NCBI GenBank assembly: GCA_049976425.1
Contig: JBMFIG010000001.1
Location: forward strand, 32,001 to 96,000
Direction: 5' to 3'
Source of the DNA: Thermoproteus sp.
Lineage (GTDB): Archaea; Thermoproteota; Thermoprotei; Thermoproteales; Thermoproteaceae
DNA: 64,000 nt
Below the pieces are notes generated by a model. It made no database searches and was not told the origin of the DNA. It saw only the letters and a program-made list of their open reading frames with translations. Shown one piece after another: positions 38,469-47,266 of the stretch (position 1 is the first letter of the stretch; each line of letters opens with the position of its first letter). The translations under genes were made by a program, and so were the position numbers.

Positions 38469-38613
38469 ACAGCTGGCCTAGCAACTATTATTAATCAATA
38501 ACCCCCTGCTTTCGCAAAATAGATAGCCCGACCACGTTGCAAGCCGGCGGGCAACGGCGGTGTTTTAATTGCAAGTGAAGCGATTTCGCCATTTTCGTAA
38601 TTCTATTTTTAAT

Positions 38614-39981
38614 ATGAAGAAAAGGATCAGTGTGGATACGAGAATCTGGATAGCGGTTGTCGCCTTAATTGTTGTATTGTTCTTTGCGATAGCCGTTAAA
38701 GTACAACGACCGGCCAATGCTCCGACCGCAAACTGGGCTTTAAAACAGGCAGAAACCAGCGGAGTCCCCACGCCCCGCGTATGTATAATAGGTTTCCCCA
38801 ACTCATCTTATATCGGAGCGCTTGTGAAGGGACTAAGGGAAATCAACATATCGTATGTTATCGGCGAGGCCAATCCGATCTGCGATATATTGGTTGTCCA
38901 AGATAGCCTAGCCCTGTCGAGTGGAATGTTAGGCTTCCTCAAGAGCGGCAAGCCGGTTGTCGTCGCCGGTCCTCATGCATCTAAAGCCTTGTTGGATGCG
39001 GCTGAGAGCTATATAGCCCAACACGCGGCGGTGTTGATCGTGGGCGACGTGGGTCCAGACAAGACAGCACGGTTGCTATTACCTTCGGACGCCTCGGCGA
39101 TAGGGCTCTTCATGTTGCCTAGCCGTAATTCAACCAGGTACATCACGGGTTGGGACATATTCGCAGATATGCCGCTGGAGAGCATGGCATACGCCGTGTT
39201 GCGTACATGGATAGACTACTATCACACGATCGTAACGCCCAGGAGCACATACGCCTTCGATATACTGAATCTACAGACAGTAACATTGCCGACTGGCTCG
39301 TCGGCGACAAGCGTGACCGTACAAATAACCGGCTTAAACTACGTAGGATATGTAGGTTGGTACCAATCTAACTTTACAGATTGGTATGGCAATCTTGGCG
39401 GCCAACAGTGGTTACAGATAGACTTCTACTATACCTACCAGTCTTACCCCACCTACTGGTGGTTTGTAAATGTAATAAAGCACTACGTAGAGGCTTATCC
39501 TGTGCTGGTGAGCCTCGGCTTTACGCCGTACGAGGCTACCGAAACAGTTAATATGTACACAAATCAATGGCCTGGACAAGTTTACTGGGATGGAGCTCCT
39601 ATAAACCCTGGATCAATTCTCCCAAATCCGACTATATATCAACTATCCGTCGGTCCCCCAGGCGCTCAAGTATCGGTGACGGAGTCGGTATACCGAGGAC
39701 AGATAAGCTGGGGCACCACCGGCAATCCTGCGGCAAGCATCATGACGTGGATGTGGACATTTAGCAACGCTAGTCTAGGCTATAGCTACGAGGTCGTGCC
39801 TATCAGCGTCGTACTGCTCGACCCTAACAAGCTTGGTGGAGTCCCTCCGGCGGTGGAGTCGTTTAGCACTACTGCATACTTCTGTAATGTCTTCTACTGC
39901 GGAAACGCGGCGCCAACTATAAGTCTAAAGGTTCTAGTATATACTACAAGTGCACAAGTAGTATCGACATCGACAAGCTAA
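38614..39981 (+). CDS. large secreted/membrane-anchored protein with beta-rich C-terminal domain (leukocidin/cytolysin-like signature)
   Basis: MKKR followed by a hydrophobic helix, an alpha/beta N-domain and a W/Y/T-rich C-domain; GC visibly lower than flanks; lone gene. Confidence 0.75.
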   Translation: MKKRISVDTRIWIAVVALIVVLFFAIAVKVQRPANAPTANWALKQAETSGVPTPRVCIIGFPNSSYIGALVKGLREINISYVIGEANPICDILVVQDSLALSSGMLGFLKSGKPVVVAGPHASKALLDAAESYIAQHAAVLIVGDVGPDKTARLLLPSDASAIGLFMLPSRNSTRYITGWDIFADMPLESMAYAVLRTWIDYYHTIVTPRSTYAFDILNLQTVTLPTGSSATSVTVQITGLNYVGYVGWYQSNFTDWYGNLGGQQWLQIDFYYTYQSYPTYWWFVNVIKHYVEAYPVLVSLGFTPYEATETVNMYTNQWPGQVYWDGAPINPGSILPNPTIYQLSVGPPGAQVSVTESVYRGQISWGTTGNPAASIMTWMWTFSNASLGYSYEVVPISVVLLDPNKLGGVPPAVESFSTTAYFCNVFYCGNAAPTISLKVLVYTTSAQVVSTSTS

Positions 39982-40074
39982 CATTTAATAATATTTATTT
40001 TGATATAATATTTAGAATAGGAGCATATGTATTACTGAGGCTTTTCTGCCAGCTACTGGGAGGTTTAGGAGGTC

Positions 40075-41208
40075 TCAGCGCCGGGCGCAGTACGGCTTGA
40101 TGTACTTAAACACGTCGCTCAGCCTCGGCCTGTCCTTATAGACGACGACGTAATGAGGGAGGTCCTTCCAAGTGGCTAGGGCCAGCCTCTCGTCGACTAG
40201 GACGAGTAGCGGTATCTTGGCCGCCGCCAGCTTCTCGTACTTTCTGGCTATGTAGTCGGGGGTCCAGAAGCCCACTATCTCGACGTAGAGATCGCCTATC
40301 TTGAAGTCCGGTATGAAGACTCTGTTGCCCACCACCAGAGCCTCCGGCTCCCTCTGCACCGCGCACAGCCTGGAGACGTTTCTGTAGAACTCCTCCTCCG
40401 CGGTGCTGTCGAACTGCGGCGGCTCTATATCCCTATGCGCCAGTCTGGGGGCGCTGGACTTGGCCTCGACGAATTTATAGACCTTGCCGTATAGGCCTAT
40501 GTCGGCCTCTATACGCCAGTCGTCGGCCGAGATGACGTATGGTACGAGCTTGGCGAGCCTGGTCCCGTAGCGCTCGGTCTGCTTGATCGCGGAGACCGGC
40601 CCGTCTATATCGAGCCTTATCCCGTCCCCGGCGCGCTCGGCGACGTACATCAAGCCGAGGCCCTTAAGCGCCCTCACGAGCTCCTTCACGCGGGCCCCGT
40701 CGGCGACGACGTATGCCGCCATGCGCCTAGATCTGAACAGGAGCGTCTGCATCAACGACGTGTTGTACAACGCGGCCAGCTCCTCGGCGGATATGTCGGG
40801 CCCCCGTACTATAACCCGCTCGTCCTCGTGTATCTTGGCGAGCGCGGCCTCGACCGCCTCGGGGGATATCTTGAGGCGCGAGGCAACGGCCTCTACGACC
40901 CGCCTCCTCCCCTCCTCGTCGACCACCGGATATGCCTTAGCCGCCTCGCGGAAGACCTCGAGCCTGATCTTGGTCAAGAGCCTTCTGTCGACCTCCTCGA
41001 GCGCTATCGTCCTCTCGACTATGTGGGCCAGCCCTCTGGCGAGCTTCGGCTCAAACGGCGCGTCCTCCACCTTGGCTCTAGCCTCCGCGAGCCTCATGCC
41101 GGGCTTGTACGCGCCGAGCACGTACTCGGCAGGCCACAGCTCTCTCAAATACCTCGGCGTCACCCGATCACCCCGTCTGCTAGCCCTCAGCAACTCCAGC
41201 GGTATCAC
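40075..41208 (-). CDS. bax1: Bax1 endonuclease (DUF790), XPB partner
   Basis: YGTRLAKL, FDSTAE, REPE, IPDF and EIVGFWTPDY. Confidence 0.9.
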   Translation of the reverse strand: MIPLELLRASRRGDRVTPRYLRELWPAEYVLGAYKPGMRLAEARAKVEDAPFEPKLARGLAHIVERTIALEEVDRRLLTKIRLEVFREAAKAYPVVDEEGRRRVVEAVASRLKISPEAVEAALAKIHEDERVIVRGPDISAEELAALYNTSLMQTLLFRSRRMAAYVVADGARVKELVRALKGLGLMYVAERAGDGIRLDIDGPVSAIKQTERYGTRLAKLVPYVISADDWRIEADIGLYGKVYKFVEAKSSAPRLAHRDIEPPQFDSTAEEEFYRNVSRLCAVQREPEALVVGNRVFIPDFKIGDLYVEIVGFWTPDYIARKYEKLAAAKIPLLVLVDERLALATWKDLPHYVVVYKDRPRLSDVFKYIKPYCARR

Positions 41209-42557
41209 GACACCCCCCTACGCCTCCTCCTAGACATGTCGACCTCCCTCGTCCTCGCGGTTACCACCTCGTAGATCTTGGCCTTGTGGGGCTTAAGCCT
41301 TAAGGCCCTTCCTATCCTCTGTATATACTGTCTGCTGGAGGACGTGCCTCCGAGTATCACCACCACGTCGACGTCGGGCACGTCTACCCCCTCGTCGAGC
41401 ACTCTGCCTGTGACCAGCGCCCTCACCTCGCCTCTCCTGAACATCTCCATGACCAGTTCACGCTCTTGGTCGGGCATGTCGTACGTCACCTCCGGTATCA
41501 GATAGCGTCGGGACACCTCCCGGGCCAGCGCAGTGTATTCCGTGAAGATGAGGATCTTGCCGTCCGGGTGCTTCTTCAGTATGTCGGCGACGGCGTCTAC
41601 CTTGCCCTTGCTCTCGAACAAGATCCTCCTCATCTCGTGCCAAGCCTCCAAGGCGCGGCGCGCCTCCGCGCTTCTGCCAGCCAACACGACGAGCTTGCCG
41701 AAGTCGGAGGGCGACTTGAACCTAAGACCCTTAGCCCTTATATAGTCTTTGTATATCTTCTCCAGCTCCTTGTACCGCCTCATCTCCTCCTCGGAGAGCC
41801 CTACCTTCACTACCTCCACGTCGAACTCAGCTAGATACTTGCCGGCCGCCTCCGAGATAGCCATCTTGTAAACCACGGGGCCCACAAGCTCGGGCAAAAA
41901 TAGATGCAGATCGTCGGCTCTTTCCGGCGTGGCTGTCAGGCCCAGCCTATAGGGAGCCGGCGAGAGCTCCGCTATCTGTCTGTAGGACTCGGAGGGGAGG
42001 TGGTGGACCTCGTCGAGCACGAGGAGGGGGTACCTATTGCCTAAATGTTCCACTGCCACGTAGGCCGAGTCGTAGGTGGTCACGGTTATGCAGAGCTCTC
42101 TCTTCTCCTCGCCGTACCAGACGCCCACGCGCCCCGGGAAGTACTCTGAGAGCCTCCTCTCCCACTGCCTCAAGAGCTCTATGGTCGGCACGACCACCAG
42201 CGCCGACTGCCCCAGCCTGGCTATCGCCTCTATCGCCACGTAGGTCTTCCCGGCGCCTGTGGGCATGACGACCACGCCTCTCTTGCTCCTCAGCCAATTG
42301 CCCAACGCCTCCTCTTGGTACGGCCTCAAGACCGGCCTCCTCGCCGCCTCGACCGACCTACATACGGGCGACAGCACGCCGTCCTCATACCTAACCCCCA
42401 ACGAGTCCAACACAGCCTTGATCTTGTAGTAGTACATGCCGAGAGCTCTATATTTACCCACTCTGTTGTCGAATTTTATAAACGAGAGGGATCTGACTTG
42501 CGCCGGCACGTCTCCCGACAACACCACGGTGCCTCTGTCCCAGACCAAGTATAGCAC
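41205..42557 (-). CDS. xpb: XPB/Rad25 DNA repair helicase (probable GTG start 42557)
   Basis: LRPYQ, PTGAGKT, DEVHH, LTATPER and QRIGRALR. Confidence 0.92.
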   Translation of the reverse strand: MLYLVWDRGTVVLSGDVPAQVRSLSFIKFDNRVGKYRALGMYYYKIKAVLDSLGVRYEDGVLSPVCRSVEAARRPVLRPYQEEALGNWLRSKRGVVVMPTGAGKTYVAIEAIARLGQSALVVVPTIELLRQWERRLSEYFPGRVGVWYGEEKRELCITVTTYDSAYVAVEHLGNRYPLLVLDEVHHLPSESYRQIAELSPAPYRLGLTATPERADDLHLFLPELVGPVVYKMAISEAAGKYLAEFDVEVVKVGLSEEEMRRYKELEKIYKDYIRAKGLRFKSPSDFGKLVVLAGRSAEARRALEAWHEMRRILFESKGKVDAVADILKKHPDGKILIFTEYTALAREVSRRYLIPEVTYDMPDQERELVMEMFRRGEVRALVTGRVLDEGVDVPDVDVVVILGGTSSSRQYIQRIGRALRLKPHKAKIYEVVTARTREVDMSRRRRRGVS

Positions 42558-42571
42558 GTCCTTTACATAGT

Positions 42572-42587
42572 GCCCTATATATAGGGC
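42572..42587. promoter_or_regulatory. perfect 16-bp palindrome GCCCTATATATAGGGC over the xpb TATA box
   Basis: Exact inverted repeat in the xpb/coaD divergent region. Confidence 0.5.
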
Positions 42588-42644
42588 TTCCGCCCGGCGC
42601 CCGCCCCAGCGCGGGGCTATAAATACCCCAGTATAGGGCTTGAT

Positions 42645-43097
42645 GTGAAGATGCAGTTCAAGAACGTCGTGCTCGGCGGGACCTTCGACACGCTCCACTC
42701 GGGCCACGTGAAGTTGCTTGCCACGGCCTCGCTGATAGGGGAGGAGATCTTGATAGGTCTTACCAGCGACTCGTTCGCCTCCACGTACAAACAGTACAAC
42801 GTAAAGCCCTTCGCAGTGAGGCTGGCGAACCTAAAGTCGCTCATGAGCTTGATCGCGCCCGAGAGGAAAATAGAATATGCCGCGATAAACGACCCCTACG
42901 GGCCCGCAGTGACGAGGCCGGATCTTGAGGCCATCGTGGTCAGCAGAGAGACCTTGCCCAGAGGCCTCCAGATAAACGACGAGAGGGTCAAGAGAGGCCT
43001 TAGGCCTATGGACGTCGTGATGATAACCACGGTGAAGGACGGCTACGGCAACATCCTATCCTCCACGTTCATAAGAAGGGTGCTCGGCATCAAGTGA
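42645..43097 (+). CDS. coaD: phosphopantetheine adenylyltransferase (archaeal type)
   Basis: GGTFDTLHSGH, DPYGP, IVVSRET and LSSTFIR. Confidence 0.92.
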   Translation: MKMQFKNVVLGGTFDTLHSGHVKLLATASLIGEEILIGLTSDSFASTYKQYNVKPFAVRLANLKSLMSLIAPERKIEYAAINDPYGPAVTRPDLEAIVVSRETLPRGLQINDERVKRGLRPMDVVMITTVKDGYGNILSSTFIRRVLGIK

Positions 43098-44406
43098 GCT
43101 TGAGCGAGGCCAGCTCTCTATAGACATCGAGCGCTCTGTCGCAGTCCCCGACGCAGAGGGTCGGGCCTCCCAGCAGATCTATCCTGGCGTAGTCGGCGGC
43201 CTCCCTCCTCAAGAAGTCGAAGACGTTTACGTATATTATATCGCTGTGGTTGAAGTCCTTAAACACCACGAGGTAGTTGTAGGCGACCGACCACGCGTCG
43301 TAGGGATCAGGCCTGGCCCTAACTCCGTACTGGAGCAGATCTATCCTCGGAGGCTTCGGCTCGATTCTGGCGAGCCTCTTGGCTATCTCAGCGGCGAAGC
43401 CGACGGCGGCATCGTCGACGCCGTCGTCGAGGGGGCTGTGGTAGACGTTCCATATATCTTCCAAGGAGGATATGGTGACCGCGGGGAGGCCCGCCGTCTC
43501 GTAGTGGAGCGAGTCGAAGTCGGCGTGCGGGCGGTCGACGGGGAGAAGCCCCCTGACGGCCTCCTCCATGTAGGGCATGACATACGCCTTCGGGGATCCG
43601 CGGCCGATCACGTCTAGGTTTATCAACAGCTTGGGCCGCCATCTGCTGAAGTAGGCGAGGGAGCCCCACGCCCAGTAGAGCGAGGGCACGTGGGGACCCA
43701 CGCCCTCCTCGGCCGTGAAGAGGCCGAGGGCTATGGGGTAGTCCTCCGCCACCAGCTCAAGAAACGCCATGATTGCGGCCTCTACGCCTCCGCAGTTGTC
43801 GGCGGCGCCGGCAAGCCAGTGGTCGTAGTGGGCGGATATCATTGGCGTGTCCTCGAAGGAGTTCATGGCGATGACGTTGTAGCTGAAGGCCGTCTTGGCC
43901 TCCACGTCTATGTTCAGCAAGGCTCTCCTGCCTAGAGCTCTTCCGATCTCCGACGGGGCGCTGGCCGCAGGTATGGGCGGAGGGGCTGCGTCGTACTTGA
44001 AGCCGAGCTCGTCGGTGACAACGATCCTCCTCAGAGGGTCGCCGTAAAGCACGAGAGCCGAGGCGCCGCGCCTAGCCGCCTTTATCAAGAGATACTTGGC
44101 GTCGTTGACGTCTTGCGGAAACGGCGCAAGCGCGATGTTGCCCTCGACGTCGCCGTCGAGCTCCACTAGCCTGCCCTCGTATGTGCCCGGCCTCGAGTAG
44201 GGCATCGCCAAAATCTGGTGCCTCTTCCCGTCGACCTCGATGCTCGAGCCGCGGTCTCTCCAGTACAGCACCTCCACCGGCGAGAGGTGTAGCCATATAT
44301 GGGGTATGTCGAGAGCCGATGCGATGAAGTCCAAGAAATCCCTCTCCTCAGGAGATCCGGCCACTAGATCTCTATACTCCATGCATCTCTCGGCTAGATC
44401 CCCCAC
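43090..44406 (-). CDS. M28 family aminopeptidase with PA-like domain
   Basis: SAHYDHW, GAADN, TAEE and YHSPLD; probable GTG start 28 nt behind TATAAAAA. Confidence 0.85.
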   Translation of the reverse strand: MGDLAERCMEYRDLVAGSPEERDFLDFIASALDIPHIWLHLSPVEVLYWRDRGSSIEVDGKRHQILAMPYSRPGTYEGRLVELDGDVEGNIALAPFPQDVNDAKYLLIKAARRGASALVLYGDPLRRIVVTDELGFKYDAAPPPIPAASAPSEIGRALGRRALLNIDVEAKTAFSYNVIAMNSFEDTPMISAHYDHWLAGAADNCGGVEAAIMAFLELVAEDYPIALGLFTAEEGVGPHVPSLYWAWGSLAYFSRWRPKLLINLDVIGRGSPKAYVMPYMEEAVRGLLPVDRPHADFDSLHYETAGLPAVTISSLEDIWNVYHSPLDDGVDDAAVGFAAEIAKRLARIEPKPPRIDLLQYGVRARPDPYDAWSVAYNYLVVFKDFNHSDIIYVNVFDFLRREAADYARIDLLGGPTLCVGDCDRALDVYRELASLKLT

Positions 44407-44495
44407 AGAACTATTGGAGAGAACCCTTTTTATAGTAAGCAAGGGGGCAGGGGGAGGAGGCCGGAAGATTTAAAAGAGCGGGTATCGGTTATCTT

Positions 44496-44554
44496 AGGCG
44501 AGAGGGCTGATCGTTGACGACATGAACCCGGTATGATCGGTGACGAGCCCGCCT
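44496..44554 (+). ncRNA. C/D-like sRNA with permuted box order and terminal stem
   Basis: TTTAAAA at 44469, then AGGCG..GGG-CTGA-TCG-TTGACGA-12 nt-ATGA-TCG-GTGACGA-GCCCGCCT. Confidence 0.6.
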
Positions 44555-45377
44555 ATTTGAAATGTCTGCTTATCGCCTCCCAATCGTCCCTGCTTAGGCG
44601 CCAGCCCATGGCGCCTGCGTTCTCTCTGACGTGGTCCTTGTTGCCGGCCTTGGGAATCGGCACGACGGTCCCCAGCCCGATATACCAGTTAAGCGCAACT
44701 TGTACAGCCGTCTTGCCGTACTTCCTTCCTATCTCGGATAGGAGTTGGTCGTGTGCCAGAACGCCTTTCTCTATCGGCGTGTAGGCTAGGTACAACAAAC
44801 CTTCCCTCTCGGCGTACGGTATGACCGAGCGCTCGTCTGCTCTGTACTTCAAGCTGTATCTGTTCTCCACGGCGGCTACATCGTACTTCTTGGCGCAGCT
44901 CCTCGCCTCCTCTATCCCCTTCACGTTGAAGTTGCTGAGTCCCCAGAACCTCGCGTACCCTTTATCGATCGCCTCCTCAAAGGCCTTCACCGTCTCGCAT
45001 ATGGGCACCGAGTCGCTCGGCCAGTGGAGCAGTACCAGGTCGGCGTAGGTGCCGAGCCTCCTGACGCTGGCCTCGACGGACCTCAACGCGTCGTCGTATT
45101 TGGCGTGGTTGGGCCACACCTTGGTCACTATGAACAGCTCATCTCTCTTGAAGCCTTTGGCCGCCCGCCCCACCAGCTCCTCGCTGTGGCCTCCGCCGTA
45201 CATCTCCGCGGTGTCGATGAGCGTCATGCCGAGCTCGATGCCGAGCTTGAGGGCCTCGACCCAGCCCTCGTCGTTGCTGTAGTCGGCGGTCCAGAAGCCT
45301 CCTCCCATGCCCCAAGTGCCCATCCCCACCGCCGAGACGCATCCGACGGACTTCACGCACTTGACGTCCCTGGCCAT
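44553..45377 (-). CDS. aldo/keto reductase
   Basis: GMGTWG, IDTAEMY, LLHWP, GLSNF and IPKA. Confidence 0.93.
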   Translation of the reverse strand: MARDVKCVKSVGCVSAVGMGTWGMGGGFWTADYSNDEGWVEALKLGIELGMTLIDTAEMYGGGHSEELVGRAAKGFKRDELFIVTKVWPNHAKYDDALRSVEASVRRLGTYADLVLLHWPSDSVPICETVKAFEEAIDKGYARFWGLSNFNVKGIEEARSCAKKYDVAAVENRYSLKYRADERSVIPYAEREGLLYLAYTPIEKGVLAHDQLLSEIGRKYGKTAVQVALNWYIGLGTVVPIPKAGNKDHVRENAGAMGWRLSRDDWEAISRHFK

Positions 45378-45404
45378 AACGTCCTCGATCCCCGTAAATA
45401 AAAA

Positions 45405-46211
45405 CTAAGCGGACGCCAGGACGACGCCCGCCAGCACTAAGGCGAATCCAGCCCCCGAGCGCGCGTCCAGCTTCTCCCCCAACTTCCAGTACGTGATCGC
45501 TTGGGTTAGGGCAGGCGAAAGCGCCGTCAGTATCGTCGGCACCGCCACGCCTATATAGTACGTGGATAGTATAAACAGAGGACCGCCCACGCCGTAGCTG
45601 AGGATGCCGGCTATGAATATTCTGGGGCTGATCCTCGGCCTCCGCCGCCTGACTGCCTCCAGCACCCCCGTAGCCAGGAACAGGACCAGTGCTCTGACGA
45701 AGGTGAAGCTCCAGGGATCTACCGAGGACGTCGCGGCTCCTAGAGCTAGGAACGAGACCGCGTAGAACACGGCGGAGAGAAGCGCGAGGGCGAACCCCTT
45801 CGCGGACCCCCTCCTCGCCCTCATTATTAGGTAGAGCCCGGCCATCGCCAGCGAGCTCGCGGCTATGTACCGCCCCGATATGCCCTCGAACGGCGCCGCC
45901 AGCACGGGGACCAACACTATATAGGCGTAGGAGACCAGGTTGGCGAGGCCCACCTCTGCGTACCTAAGCGAGAGGAGATATACGTAGGTGCCTAGGACTG
46001 GGCCGAATATGGAGAACGCGGCACCGTAGAGCCAAGCTTGGGGCGATAGGTTCAGTCCCAACACGGCCAGCGGAATCGCCGACAGCGTCGTGGCGAGAGC
46101 TATCGAGAATAGGTCGTCGAGGGCGCTCTCAGTCGCTCCCGTCTTGTAGAGGAAGGGGCCTATCGCCCACAAGACAGACGCCGCAACCGCCAGAGCTATT
46201 CCCAGCCACAT
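45405..46211 (-). CDS. EamA/DMT family transporter
   Basis: About 10 TM in two repeats; LGEK motif. Confidence 0.85.
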   Translation of the reverse strand: MWLGIALAVAASVLWAIGPFLYKTGATESALDDLFSIALATTLSAIPLAVLGLNLSPQAWLYGAAFSIFGPVLGTYVYLLSLRYAEVGLANLVSYAYIVLVPVLAAPFEGISGRYIAASSLAMAGLYLIMRARRGSAKGFALALLSAVFYAVSFLALGAATSSVDPWSFTFVRALVLFLATGVLEAVRRRRPRISPRIFIAGILSYGVGGPLFILSTYYIGVAVPTILTALSPALTQAITYWKLGEKLDARSGAGFALVLAGVVLASA

Positions 46212-46774
46212 ACCGCCGTCATATCTCTTTTGTTGTCTACGTCTATCAAGATCCCTGGGTCGTCCACCTCGACCCCTATGGACTTAGACGCGCCCATTAT
46301 GGCCCGGATCCCCATATCGCCTTGTATATCGAGGACCTTAGGGAGCACCGAGCGGCGTATTAGGACCGGGTTCCCTCTCACGCCTCGGTAGGTGGGGTAT
46401 ACTATATCTGCCGCATCGCCGTGGGCTAGAAGCCTTCTGTAGGTGTCGGGCCTCACGAGCGGCATATCGCCGAGCGCGATTATATATCGCTCGAAAAACG
46501 GCGCGGAGATCAGAGCCGCCTTGAGGCTCGTGCTTAGACCCAGTCCATACCAGGGGTTGTAGACGAAGGCCACGTGGAGCCCCCTCCGCTCTATAGCCGT
46601 GCGGACGGCCTCGGCGTTGTGGCCCACCACGACGTAGACGGGGCCTACGCCGGCCGACGCCGCCGATCTAACCGATCTGACGACCACAGGCTCGCCGCAG
46701 ACATCCGCGAGCAACTTAAATCCGTCGAATCTTCTGGACTCGCCCGCCGCAAGCACCACCACCGCCGTGTTCAT
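46196..46774 (-). CDS. molybdenum cofactor cytidylyltransferase (MocA-like)
   Basis: VLAAGESRRF, LGDMP, GNPV, GDMG and DVD. Confidence 0.88.
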   Translation of the reverse strand: MNTAVVVLAAGESRRFDGFKLLADVCGEPVVVRSVRSAASAGVGPVYVVVGHNAEAVRTAIERRGLHVAFVYNPWYGLGLSTSLKAALISAPFFERYIIALGDMPLVRPDTYRRLLAHGDAADIVYPTYRGVRGNPVLIRRSVLPKVLDIQGDMGIRAIMGASKSIGVEVDDPGILIDVDNKRDMTAVCGWE

Positions 46775-47188
46775 TCAGACGAGCTCCTGCAGGTTTGCCG
46801 TTACCTTCTCGACGATAGATCTCGCGGCGGCGTCGACTATCGGTTTCCCAAGCGCCGAGATGAGGCCCCGCGCGTTTCCTTGGAAGATCCACCTCACTTC
46901 AGAGCCTTCTCTGAAGAAGCTTATGGTGAAGTCGACGACGCTCTGAAGACCGCTGGCGGTCCCCACGACGGTTGCCCTGTCTTCCTGTGCCTCCGAGTAT
47001 CTGAACTTGACGTCCATGGTGCCCTTAAGGCTCCCGACGCCTATAGACATCTTGGCTCTGTACCACTCCCCCTCCTTCGTCACGGCGGTCACGCCGGGGA
47101 AGGCCTTGCCGACGGCCTCGGGATCCAGCAACTTGCCGAAGTTCGAGGGATCCCTTAGCCTGAGCCTGCCTTCATACCTCAGCTCCAT
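46775..47188 (-). CDS. CoxG/SRPBCC family protein
   Basis: LLDPEAVGKAFPG start and helix-grip fold pattern; start MELRYEG. Confidence 0.8.
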   Translation of the reverse strand: MELRYEGRLRLRDPSNFGKLLDPEAVGKAFPGVTAVTKEGEWYRAKMSIGVGSLKGTMDVKFRYSEAQEDRATVVGTASGLQSVVDFTISFFREGSEVRWIFQGNARGLISALGKPIVDAAARSIVEKVTANLQELV

Positions 47189-47266
47189 GGCAGTCGCTTG
47201 GCGGGCTAAATATATGCTAACGGCTTGCGTGCGGCGGACGATTAATATATAGGGTCTATATCTGCT

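Noticed and set aside
38400-40080. Mobile element or integrated island around the lower-GC secreted gene
   Set aside because: No integrase, transposase, tRNA target, terminal inverted repeats or flanking direct repeats were seen.
44490-44560. Bulge-helix-bulge splicing motif in the terminal stem of the permuted sRNA candidate
   Set aside because: The pairing gives one 4-nt bulge and no matching second 3-nt bulge, so a canonical BHB is not supported.
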